From Marsupella aquatica (taxonomy: Eukaryota; Plantae; Marchantiophyta), in contig OZ316895.1 in assembly GCA_973895155.1 (NCBI GenBank), positions 11,554,858 to 11,618,857 of the forward strand: a stretch of DNA of 64,000 nt. Reading direction: 5' to 3'. The position numbers and the translations under genes are program-made. Position 1 is the stretch's first letter; the number at the start of each line of letters is the position of its first letter. Below are positions 1 through 12,773 of the stretch, in pieces. Under the pieces are notes generated by a model that saw nothing but the letters and a program-made list of their open reading frames with translations, did not search any database and was not told the DNA's origin.

Positions 1-2389
1 TATCTAGGAAAGATGATACCTACCCAAATACAAGTCCCACAAGAATGCCTTCTGTCAAGACAGGAGCAGATCAGAATGAAAAGTAAACATCTTATCTTTG
101 AGGACACTCAAAATCACATTGGCAAAGTGGAACAATGCAAAATAATTTGAGAAACTCTATCTTTGTCCTTCTGATCAAACTCAGCCCAAGGTAGCATGGC
201 TTCTTGCCCTAAACCATCCCATAGTGCAACTTACAATTTGTTGTGCTGACAATATTGAACTTGGAGATGTCCTTTGAAACAAATGAAGGACGGTGTGCAT
301 AGTTGGTTTTGAAAGGAATAATATGTTCCCAAAAGGATTATTAGACAGGCTAATCCAATGGGTGGAACGGGGAAGCAAACCCTAAAGCTATTGTGTTGTT
401 CCGAACAGCTCATTTTCCATCTCTCTCAAATTTGGCGGCTTTGGCTTTTGTAGTAAGCTCTTCAAAATCTGTCACATTTAGTGATTAAAACAGGCTCAGT
501 CAGATCACCAGTGAATTATGATAACTTTAGTCGAGCAATTTTGGTTGTCATATAGGGTGTCAAAGTTTGGGGTTCCACTTTTGCACATGTTGTGATTGGG
601 CATGTGCAACTCACATTCAAACAGGTATGTCATGAACTATTGGGAATACATCATCCACTTCCGGCATAGCCTAAGCATTCAAGGCCTTTGAATATGTACC
701 CCGGCCCATGATTTTATTGTGTAGCTAGGTGATGCAGGGTATCCAGATTGGATAGGATGTGGGTCTGATCATTGAGAAGCCTCAGCCTGGCTATGATTTT
801 GCCTAGATAGGAATTATATGATTTCAAATTGATGGACTATGGTTGAACTTGTTTTGTAAACACTTTTCAACATAATGTGCATTTGGTTTACAATAAGAAA
901 AGCAAGGCAGGTCCACCAAACTGGGCAGTATTATCATCTTCAGCTGGCTACTGTTCAGTAGCAATCACCCAAGTAAGTACAAGACTGAAAACATTATATA
1001 TTGAACATTGCGTGCCATTCTTAGCATGCTGGAGAGATTGAGGCTCATAATGTGCTCAGTCCTTAAACGGCAATATGCTCAGCTATGCAAAATAGGCTCT
1101 TACTTGCCACATGAGTACGAGACAGCATCTAGATCCACTCACATGATTGCTCTCAAAGAAAATTCTAGTTTTGAACTCTCACATAGTTGGGCTTCGTGCT
1201 CTCAGTAAACTATACGCAATTGAGGGTCTTTCCTACTAGTGCTTGGTGCTGCACAAGATGCTCTCAATCTGTGAGTTCTGCAGGGCCTCTGCACAATGTT
1301 GATGCTGCAACAAAACACCCTAGGGCAATGTCAGCTGGATTTATCACAAACATTTGTTGTTGAGTTCTGTTTGAGGGCCAGGCATGATTCATCACGGCAT
1401 TGGTGCTTCAGTGACAGCAAACTAGAAAAGCGTGTTTGTAAGAAGTACCTGAACTTCGATGAATCCTTGTTCTATCCCAGCCTAGCACGAGCATGTCCTC
1501 TCTACTTGTCGATGCTCTCTCCGGCCAGCATGGCTCACAGCTCGTCCTTCTGCTCTCGGAGTTCACATATAAAAGAGTGCTACAAGTGCAAACTCAGCGC
1601 ACGGGTGCCTCAGCACTCACAAGCTACTGTCCACGATGTTTGAATAGCATTTGGATCTAAAGTTAACAGAACATGGTTAAGGTTATTACTGGTTAAGTGT
1701 TGAGCTTGTTTGCTTACAGGAAAAGAAAAAATAGCTCCTGCAATTATATAAGCGTTCCTATCAGTCTCGAGTTAGAGTCAAACGTTATCTTGGTATCATC
1801 GAGTATTGATACTTCCTAATGATACCTCATGAATTTTTGGTTCATCTCACAAGTTTTGTGCTTCCTTCCTCAGCCTTGCTGTGGCAGCTTAGCTTCCAGT
1901 AATGAAAAGCTAGTCTAGAAGACCTAGGACTATGCTACCATAAATCAGTTAGGTTTGAAGCCAGAATCTACGTCGCCTGAGCTGAGCGTGTCCACCCAAC
2001 TGTGTTGTAGTTGCCTTGCAATGATTCCATAGTTTGATGTACGTCATACACAATTCACCTACAACCATGAAGTCTACCGGGTAGAATTCTGCACTCAAGT
2101 AGAATTCATGGCAGAATTCATGCCGGTAGGTATCTTTCTTCTTCCTGGTCATTTAGCCGCCTCTAAATTTTGCAATTTGTTCGGCTTCGTTGCGTTGCGT
2201 CTGCCTACGAATCTGTAGTTTTTCACATCTGCCAGCTCGCTTCAGCACCGAGGTTGATATGAAAGACTCCGCCGATTCCAAGGCGGACAACGAAGTCGAA
2301 GCCCAACAAATTGCAGACGAAATCTACAAGACCAATGACCAGGAACAAAAACAACACGAAATGGGCAAACATGCTGCAAGAGGCCCATT

Positions 2390-5300
2390 TCAGCCGATAC
2401 CATTTCCACTGCTGCCGCTGTCGATCGACGAGGACTTCAGGGTGACGATTTGGTGATGCAAATTGGGTGTGCTCACCACTTTCGACGCGGCCCGCTGTTT
2501 CACTAATGGGACAAGGGACTGAACGACGTCTGTCATTAACGGTCTATAATCTGCTTCTGGCTGAACGCACATGGCAGCTATTGCTCCAACCTGCAATCAT
2601 TAATGGCAACGATCACTACGTACTCCAGGCGAAATGGAGCAGCAGCCATGCTCTATACCCTGGAATAATTGAAACAGAAAGTGGAGCTCAGCATTTCAGA
2701 AACACCCCGGAATTCCTATTACCTGAATGAGTTCTTTGATAGCAAATTGCCCTTGCAACACGGGATCGAGCATCTCTGTCAATTTCTCCCTATCTGTTAG
2801 TCTGGGTAAGGCCTGCGCATCAATTAAATAACCATGAGCACACAGGAGCTACAAGAAGGAGCCAGCCCATATCAAACCGACAATTAAAATAGTAACCTCT
2901 GGCCCTCGAAACTAAGAGCCTAGCGTTTGCCATTTCGTCACATTGACATGGAAAGAAGAATCTCACCCAAGACACAAGAACGCCCTGACCAGGGGGTCTC
3001 TTCATATCTACGGGTACTCGACCGGTGAGAAGCTCCAACAGCACAACACCATAGCTATACACGTCTGACTTTGTTGTCAAATGTCCCGTCAATGCATACC
3101 TGCGGCAACATTGGCCCATCATGGTAAGAAGTGTTTCTTGGGTGGTCGTCGTCAAACTGTCTAAATGGCTTGGTTGATTCTTCCCTCAGTTGCGTAAATG
3201 GAGGGTCAAAGTTCAAACACAACTTCCATGCCTTTCCATCCATATCTCGGGTTTGTAATTTTCGTTGGCGGGAATGCTCTACGACTTCATTCTGTTGAGA
3301 CATACTGCAAAGAAGCGCCTTCAAAACAGGTCCCATCAATAGACTTCGTGAGGGAAAGAGTACTCACTCTGGGGCGACGTATCCGTGAGTGCCGAGAACT
3401 CTAGTAGAGACATAGCCTCCAGCCTTCTCGGATCCGAGCTTCGCTAATCCAAAATCGGACACCTTGGCGTTGAAGTTCTCGTCCAACAGTGTGTTACTGC
3501 TTTTGAAATCACGATGAATGATGGGAGGGCAGACGAGTTCATGCAAATATTCCAGGCCCCGAGCTGCATCAAGAGCTATGCGGAGCCTTGTTCCCCAGTC
3601 AAGCAAGGGCGGGTTGCCTGATGAACCTGTGAGGACGCGACAGATCCTGTGAGGACAGAGAAGTCCAGACGGAGGCACATACTGGTGTCCAACGAGTAAA
3701 ACCTCCCAGAAGAGCAACAGAAGCTTGACTAGGCCATCACTGAGAAAGCACATTGCAGTGGATGCCATGCTATTGTAATACAACTTACCGTCGGAGTACA
3801 GGTGCTCCTGGAGACTTCCATTTGGCATGTATTCATAAACGAGTAGGCGGTGGTCTTGATCAGCGCAGTATCCGTGCAATTCCAGCAGATATTGAGAGTG
3901 TAATCGACTCAACATATCCACCTGCGTCATAACAAAGCAAGGTTAGTGTAACAGCATAGTGATTAAGGTGTGCTCGTACCTTCTGCTTGCAACTACTGTC
4001 CGGATTGGTTTCTCTCGTGAATGAACAAGACTTCCTACATTTGACAGAAGCCTGGATAAAACCATCAGACATTGCAATAATCCTATACTGAAACAAGCTG
4101 GCCTTCCACTGGAGTCCTGAAGGTGAGCTGTGCGAGAAGTTCATTACAATCTTCACACGCGGTGATGAAACGTTGGGGTTCGAAGACTGATTCAAATCCA
4201 AAGATCAGAAGAATCGTTGGGAGATGGACAAAGGACTGCGTACCTCCACCCTGAACTCATGCTCTCCTTGCTTTCCAGCCCGATCCAGCTGCTTGATTGC
4301 CGCAAGCCGCCCATCTGCAAGAACTGCTCGGTAAACAGAACCGAACCCACCATGTCCGACGACATTGACGGTGCTGAAATTGTTGGTGGCATGCTGCAAT
4401 TGCTTGTATGTGAAAACCTGCGCAGCTGCCTTCACTGTGGCCTTGGTGATCGGTTGGACATACTCGACCGGTTTCTGCTTTAGAGCTGAACTCGAGACAA
4501 TCCGACCAAAGTAATTGAGAGTTGGTATATGAGAAGTTTTGAACACGTCGCCTCAGGGTGAGATGCATACGGACGTCTATTTTGCAACTCTGTTTCTCCG
4601 ACACTATCATTGACATTTGTTACACGACCATAGCGAGTAACGGTATTTAGACCCTCAATCCCCAGCTTCTCGCTGTCCCGAGAATCTAAGTCCGATTCAA
4701 GACACCTCCAGTAATTATGCGAGAATCTTTTAAGTATTTAGTCAGCATCCTTGAGTGCCTTGCAGACATTACACATCGATAGATGTCAGCACCTTAGGTG
4801 GTGAGACTATCTTCGCAGCCTGTAAGATTGCAATCCCCCTACCGATCGATCTACGGGCCAACGAGCAATGTACGTAATACTCATGGTGCATGGCTACTGA
4901 TTTCCGAACTACTAACTGCACGCCCTGCTCGTTTGGGTCTAAGTGAACTTTAGAGACCAACCTCTCAATCACTTCTAATGTCACTCTAGTCGCCCGGATG
5001 AACCTAGCTTCTGAGTTCTTTCCCACGGTACACTAAAACAGTGCAAGAAAGGAACCAGTGCCGCCGTTGCGCTGTTAATAGTTAGACAAAGGAATTCGAC
5101 GCAAGTTCGAGCGTTATGGAAGTCATTGACACATGTCTAAGATCAAATGTCGGCGACAAGGACCACTTCTAAATTAAGACGCGAAGCCATATGAATGAGA
5201 TAGGCAATGGTTTTGTGAAATGCTAGTGCCAGGTGGGAGAAAACCATTTGAGACATGTAAATCACTGAATCTAGTCCAGCATACTCATTAAACACACATT

Positions 5301-5601
5301 CAAGGCTCCTGAAGACGAACCACAGCAGGAATGATATCACCTAAAGTTTGATAGGTAAGGGCAGGGACTCACGGCGTTGGTAGGCAGCACGTCGACCTTT
5401 TCGTCGAATGTGGCAAAAGTACATGAAAATAGCGATGAGAGTGGTGAGGGCCATCGCTGCGACGACTGCCACAACGACGATGATAATGTTATTGATTCGT
5501 GCATGGTTACTGGAAGGCGATTGTAGTTGCTTCTGAGGATCTGTGCCAGAAACGTTTTGGGGCGCCCTAGCCGATCCAGAATCTTGTGCAGCACTTCTCA
5601 T
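2390..5601 (-). CDS. Membrane-anchored receptor-like Ser/Thr kinase (RLK/Pelle, resembles the Arabidopsis At3g58690/extensin-like subfamily); 7 exons: 5601-5373, 4485-4244, 3921-3789, 3626-3368, 3099-2967, 2812-2723, 2590-2390
   Basis: Exons join in frame across GT-AG introns. TM helix [25 protein letters not shown] followed by basic HIRRKGRR; [99 protein letters not shown]. The ATG at 5601 is my choice of start. Confidence 0.93.
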
Positions 5602-7949
5602 TGCAGCCAACTGTCTTGGCAAAGCATTCCAACTCGGGAAAAAGGTACTTCCCACAGTAAGTGGATCAACTGCACCGTCACTTCGGAACTCAATCTGTCA
5701 TGGCCTGGCCTGTTCGACGAACATTAATGACCATCTCTCGCTCACCGCTTTTCTCCTGACATCGGAACAGTCAGATAGCCAAAACTTCGGCAAATAACTG
5801 TCACAGAGACACGTCCAAACCGATATTTGCTCCGAAGGCATGCACTTCGTCCCGTTGAGTCTAGTCAAGTCAAGACGAGTGGTGCTGGAGCGATCCCACT
5901 GAACCGATCTTTGGAGGGCAGTGTCGTCACCTTCCGTTACGTAGTATGTGTATGGATGGAGTCACACAAACTAAATGGGAACAAAAGCACAGACAAACAA
6001 TGACAGACAGAAAATAACAGAGTCAGAATAACTTGTAGAAAACGGATTGATCGCGAAGGGGATTTATAATCCCAAACAACAATGTCTCTCCCACCAGAAT
6101 CATTGGCGAAAGTTATGTCCTCATCACATCTCTACTGTACAGCTAATCCAAAGCTTGAATTTAACAAGCTGAGTACTCCAAGGTGGAAACCAGCTACAGC
6201 CGCAAAGCTAGACGTCTGAAACAATCAGGCCAACAGCCGAAGACGCCATCAGCTGAAATGCAGCTAGAAGGCGAGGCGCATACACTATGTGTGTACATGA
6301 TAGCTAGCCAGCTAATAGACGTCTAAACCCAATCCACATTGCCCTCGCCTTATCAGCGCAGGACATCGAAGAGCAATGCTTGATGGCAGCATATTATGGA
6401 CGGACAAGGAATGTCGAACCAACAAGTACAGGTGCAATTAAAGTTTTCACTACGAAAAAGGTGACAGGTCGCTGCTCACATTGCGCCTCAGACCGACGTC
6501 CTCGCATTGAACATGCTGATGGTGTGATAATACTCAATCAATGCACTGCGGTCCACAATGTATCGTTCTTCTACACACCAAGTGTCGCTGCCCCTCGCTA
6601 TCTCGTCTTCGTTACCAACTTGACCGGCTCAACTCCAAATCATACGAACGATGTGTTTCTATTCACATATCTATCAGCAGTCAACTGTTAACTTTTCGAC
6701 CCCAGAAAAGTGAGATCAACAGTAATGCGCCAGCCACCCAACAATCAAACGTCATCCCTGCGCGTCACAGACCACGAAGAGCGCCTTCCCAGTTGCAATG
6801 CAATCCTTCCTTCCCGGGCAATGTCCTGACAGAGCTCAACTTGCAGCAGAGAACCTTTTGCACTCCTCCCCAGACTTCTCCGTCTCGATCACTCTCGCAA
6901 ACTGCCCACAAAAATCAACCCACCAAACCGAATGATATCAAAACTATTCTTGACAAAGTCAGACATCTTCCCTGCTGCTGGAAGCTTCATCTGCGCAACC
7001 TGCTCGACTCTCGCACTACATTCCTCGATCCAAAACCCATAGTCGAGAATCAACTAAAGTACTGGTTTACTCGATGCAGCAGATGAGAAATCTGATGGCG
7101 CAATTCTCCGAGGACAAGTGCTGACTAGGCTGCTTACGAGAAAAAATCCCATAAGCTGCACCAGCCTGCAACTGCAACTCTGCAAGCTATGCTGATTTGC
7201 AAGGGAGTGAGTTCTCATCCTCAGGTTCAACGAAACTGTTTACGTATGCATTGACTGGCCCGAACCCGGTTCCTTGGCACTTTGGCAGTCCAAAGAAACC
7301 CTTGCAACTACCATAACTTCATCAGGGATTTCATTAAATCCTTTCCCCTTCAGTTTACAACAGTGGATTGTCCTGAATTAATGTATGTAGAGGTAGACAA
7401 AGCAGCAGAGACAAACGTGCAGATATCTTTGAATCTTCCATCCTTCCCGTCCATCTTGTAATAAGTAAGACAAAGGAGAGAATGATACCCGTAGATATGG
7501 TCACATTTTTGCCCGACGAGTTGGGCAAGGTAAAGGAAACAAAATCAAATGAAAGCAGTGCCTTGTCCCCCTTTGGACAGCACTACTCATCAAGCCCAAG
7601 CAATCCGCACTGTATCGTTCAAAAGAACACTGCCACTCACTGACGATCATTATGAGATCAACGGCAATGATGATCATCACTTCCCGAACACTGAGGACTA
7701 CTCCACCATTCAATGCTAACATTCATTAATATTGCGGCAGTGCCCCAGTGGAGAAAGTGTTGCCTGCTTGCACTATCATCAAGCACATGGTTCACATAAT
7801 AAGAATACTCCGTAATACCGTACTTATAAATGCTTGCCTTTCCAATTTTCAAAGAAAACGCTGTCTCAACCGGAAATTTAATGCACACAAAAACTACAAT
7901 TTAAATTGCAATTTTCCCTCCATCACTTTGCCAGTTTGCCTTAACAATC

Positions 7950-8112
7950 AACATCACGATCACAATTGTCCTGCCTCTCAATGCGCCGCTTCCACCACCA
8001 TCAGGATCATAGTTTTCCCTCCTTCGAGCCCCTGACCGCACCACCAGCATTACGATCACAATTGTCGCTCTCTCAAAAGAGGCACCCATGATGCCACCAC
8101 CATCACAATTGG
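7950..8112. repeat. Degenerate minisatellite-like repeat (CACCAYCAYGATCACAATTGTC-like unit, about 4 copies)
   Basis: Related units near 7951, 7994, 8042 and 8096. Confidence 0.5.
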
Positions 8113-11100
8113 ATAAATTGAAAAGGCATATTTAGGGTGGATTAAAGTTCAAAGCAATCTATACTAATCTATACTGCTCTCGCAAAATTGTTGCCTCTGC
8201 TTGCGTTGAATATTTGCTACAGTGGCAAGGGGGGCAAACATTTAGACCCTTTTGCAGATATTCCCATGTGCCCCGTCCATCACACTTGGTCCGCGGTCTC
8301 TGTTCACTGTCCCTGTTGCTTTTGTCTGACCTTGCTTCCTCACTGTAGTTGGTGATATATGCGCCCATGTGCATATATGGAAAGTTCCATGCACACAATC
8401 TGGCCAAGAAACACCAAAGGAACTCCAACGTCCTGTAGTTTAACAAGGTATCTAGATCCTAAGAATTTGTCTGGAATTGTTGCTTTGAGTATTCGATCTG
8501 TATTCCCTAGTAGACTCCTAAGCCTGTCATATTTGATTACATCTGTTTGCAGGATTGCAGGATACCGTTCACGAGAACCTTCACTTGTGCTCAACGTGAT
8601 TATTATTTTTGCCTTGAAAATCGATAGGGGCCATCTAACACAGGATAGACATCCTGTTGGAGCATGCATTTCTATGTAAGGTAGCCACAAGAGGATAATA
8701 CCTAGGGATCCGAGAGGAACCCAGACCAAGAAGGAGAGAGGATTAAACCAAAACCCCAAAGCAGGCAACCAGAGGTTGAGGGGATAATCAATACTCCCAT
8801 CACTACACTACACCCCACCCACACATACATATACCTTCCACACCCCTTGCGTGTTAAGGGAATGTTGAACCTGGGACCTCTCAGTTTTAGGCTCATCCTC
8901 TGGCCAACTAACCAAAACCTGTTGTTTTGACTTGATTATTTTGTTGACTATTAGTTAAGAGTTTTCTCTTTGTCTCACCAAACTCCCCTCCTTCCGAGTT
9001 TCCTGTCCATACTTTTCTCATCGATTGGTAGGCTCGATTGCATGAGCTATATGAGAATAAGTTCCTCAAATGTCAAAATATCTTATCTTTATGATATTAC
9101 GGTGATTACCATACCATTACTATTTGTCACATTGAGATAGTTACTCTACGTGATTGTCTTGTGCTGAGTCTTTGGCAGAGTGAAACATCAAACATTAAAA
9201 ATTGCAGTATAAGGCAATTGAGTACGGTACTGTAGATACTTTTCAGAACCACTCGGAACCGTCACGAGAAACCGAGGCGAGCTCCTTTTTGGAGTTGAAT
9301 AAATGGGCCTAGCACATGGCCCTGCATACATTCAGACATACAGTAGTACATAAAAGTTTGTTGACCAATATCATGAATAGTTACACAGAAATACTCTATG
9401 GCATCTTCCAAGTTACCGCGTAACTCCAGGTTTAACCTGATGGACAAGTTGACGGTTTGACGGGTATGTAAAATCATTAAATGACTATCCCAAAATGGTT
9501 AGTTTGACGTATATTCTTTGATATTCTCCTGGACTCCCCTGGACTCCCCACCCGGCCTGACTCCCAACCCGACCTGGCCCCCTACCCGCCCGTGACCCGG
9601 CCCAGACCAAGTCTCCCAAACCCATCCCAAACCCCTCCCGAACCCCTTAAATAACTGGCCCGGGCCAGCCAGTTTGACCCTCACACCCAGACCGACCCCG
9701 AGTCTGGGAGACCGGGCGACCGGGTTGACGGGTTTGTGTGTGTTTATAGGGAAAATTGGCCACTTTCACTGGAAAATTCAAACCTGGGCGTAACTAAACA
9801 AGTAAAAGAGTCACGCAGAAGTCGATTCGATGTGATTCTCTGATGAGGGACTAGCCCCTACATGCCCTCCTATCAATGCCAACACGTCAATTTTGAAATA
9901 CTGTACTCCACTGAAGTAGATACAGTTCGACAGCAGAACACTTGTAGCGATTTTTTCCATCCCTACGATGCGATCTGTCCAAAGATTTAGATCGCGGAGT
10001 ACTGGACTGTACCAAAAGAGAACCCATGAATTCGATGTGAGTTTGTGACTGCTGACGCTGCTACAGCAGGAAGTTGCCAAGTTGGGGAGCCGACGTTGCA
10101 TTGCATTGCATTGCATGCAGCACAATATTTCCTACTGTAGACAGAAAGATTGTCAGCCTGAGCCCTGAGGCAATCTTGCACATGCTTTGTTTCCGTAGTC
10201 CCTGGTCACATGTCTCTTGCTGTTGTGGTACTGACTTTATATTTCCCAATGAGCAGTCTGCGATTGGTGGGTCCTGACTCCTGACTCCTCAGCTACGGAT
10301 TGCAGTCCTCGAGCTGCCGGTTTCTGCCCTGGGTGCACATACACAGATACACTGCATACTAGGTTTGGTGGCTTCCACACTCAGTCAAAATGAAAACGAT
10401 TTAGTTTCCTGTTAACATTACGAACCTGAATGCCACCTTTGAAAATTAATGAAAATGATAACAAAAATCTCATCTTCTTTAAAGTCACATCAATTTTGGT
10501 GAGGCCCTAGAGTTACTTTTTAGATATTTCACTCAAAAACCCTAGACCCGAACTCTAGCTTCTCATGGACATTAGTTATATAAATAAAGAGTAATTTTTG
10601 CAACAGATTAGCATGGGGGGAGTTATATAGTGGCGACTACAGTAGTTACTGTAGATAGATAAAGAGTAAGTTCTGCAAAACATAGCACTTGACAACTAAC
10701 TCTTTAAAACTTGATGCTTCGATGGATCACCATATTTGACCTACCATGGCTTACCTAAGCACATGATTGTGGGAAAGTTCTGACACCACAGGGGTCCATC
10801 CTTTTCTTTGCACTACAGGCAGCAAGATCATAGGTCCTAATTGATGTCATGAAGCATGTTACTCTTCAGGCTGTTGCTGAGACATAGTACACATGTGGGC
10901 GCATGATTGCCCCCATGAATTTGCCGAGTCCTCCGTCACAGAGATTATGTGTTGATCTTACCATTGTCCGATATGGTTGTCATACCTTGGCTCATGTTGT
11001 GGTGGCCAACCTTGCACATCAGGACATCATCATAGGAGTGGCAGAGGCAGGAGCAGCAACCACATGAGAGACAACCAAATAGAGACAAAATATGACACAC

Positions 11101-12148
11101 AAACTTCATCAGATAACCACAAACCTACTGTAGGTGTGTATCAGGGCTTCATTTTCCATTTCAATGGGTACTTTTTGTGTTTTAGTAGCAAACTGTCTTT
11201 GGATGTTTTATGTAGAGCACTATAATGTAGGTGACCCTCTTATGCGTGAATTGTTGGAGTACTAGATATTTTGAGGTTTCTCTCAAGAACTTTTTGCGCG
11301 ACAAAGGCTTTATGATGAGTGAAGACTGAGAAACAAAAAAGCGAATGTGCGCAGAGCCAACACCATGTTTTTGACACTTCGCTACTTCCCTAGCTTGAGG
11401 TGCGCATAGTCAAATGACAGTACCATATGCTTTGCATTGTTTTTTACAGTTGCTCCTCATAATGAAGCCTTTGACTTACTATTTTCCAGATCTGACTCGT
11501 AACCACTGTACATCTCTAATTAATTTGTCGCTCTTACTTCAGCTATGGCAATAACTGTCCCCTGTGAAAATCTTGCAGTACAGTACGTACAAAAATAAAC
11601 TAATCTTGAATGGCAGGGTGAGTCTGATTTGCACAGAGGTTCCGAGGGAGGTGGCGCGCACACACGTCAACCTACAGAGTCGAACGATCTCGGGCTTCTT
11701 TCAATTTCTTTCCCCGGTGGACTGTAAGTCTGCACATCAGATGCAATCCGGTGGAGAATACGAAGCAAAGATTAGATTAGACTGGCAAGCAAGATTTTGA
11801 AGGATGTTGCTCTCGAACTCGCGTTGGAGGGAGGGGAGAACGAAAAGAAGAGGTAATAATACTCTCAAAGATTCTTCTATGTAAGCAGTGTCTTTAGCGC
11901 AGTTCCTGTGATATTCAGGGAAAAAAATAAGTTGGAGAGAGGCTACATGTAAGTTCCACGACCTTGCTCAAGAATCATGCATGGCATGTTGTGAAAACAA
12001 CATTGATCCGTCAGTATTTACAAGTGGTCCGAGTCTCTTCAGCCACGGAGCGACACTTGCAGTCAAAACTGTCATCGATGATTGTGCCATGACCAAAATC
12101 TTGTCCCAGCACTTCGACCATATTAGCCTTTTTGGCACTTAATTAGCG

Positions 12149-12253
12149 TTCAGTATCCTGGACATTTAGAACGCAGTACAGTGTAACCAAAGTTTCAGTT
12201 CTTCCATCACTTTGGTTACACTGTACTGCGTACTAAATGTCCAGGATTCTGAA
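12149..12253. repeat. Near-perfect inverted repeat (45-bp arms, 15-nt loop)
   Basis: 12149-12193 ttcagtatcctggacatttagaacgcagtacagtgtaaccaaagt is the reverse complement of 12209-12253 with 2 mismatches. Confidence 0.9.
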
Positions 12254-12631
12254 GCGAGAAAACAGGAAAAGTCTCCCCTGCATGAGTCTCTCAATCTCCG
12301 GAGCTTCGAAGCGAGGAGAGTAGCCTGTTGAGTGAAGAAAATTATCTATCGAACTGTAAGACGTGGGACGACTTATCAGCGAAAACTTCGAGCCAGATGT
12401 CCAATTGGATCGCCCCCAATTGTCCGGGAGATTGATCTGAATCCCTTACTTGTCGTTTCAATTTGTGAGCTTCACGTGCTAATTGACACAACATGTTCTT
12501 CTTAGTTACGTACGTAGTCTGTAACGAAGGATTAAGTTGAACTTGAGGGATCGAGGAAAACACCTTCAATCTAAGTATGCTCTTCTTTAAGTTAGTTGGT
12601 ATGCAGTAAACTACAGTAGTAATGAAGAATT

Positions 12632-12773
12632 TGTTATACCCTAACTAGACTCTATGGTTACCTTAACCATAGTTACCATATAGGATAACTCGGACGGAGA
12701 CTATATATAGAGATGCACCCATTCATTCTATAGAGAGGAATCTCATTATCATTTCCCGCATCATTCCTCAACA
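12632..12773 (+). repeat. 5' LTR (142 bp)
   Basis: tgttataccc...cctcaaca, identical by eye to 16145-16286. Confidence 0.95.

Noticed and set aside
181-2200. Short ORFs at the window start
   Set aside because: No recognisable domains or consistent splice pattern; probably 3' flank or decayed repeat DNA.
6380-7086. 103-aa and 181-aa plus-strand ORFs upstream of the kinase
   Set aside because: No family motif; more likely antisense to the kinase 5' UTR/intron region.
8158-9805. Possible Helitron starting TCTATACTAATCTATACT, with a GC-rich ACCC-repeat patch at 9540-9735
   Set aside because: No convincing hairpin plus CTAG 3' end or TIR/TSD found, so boundaries cannot be supported.
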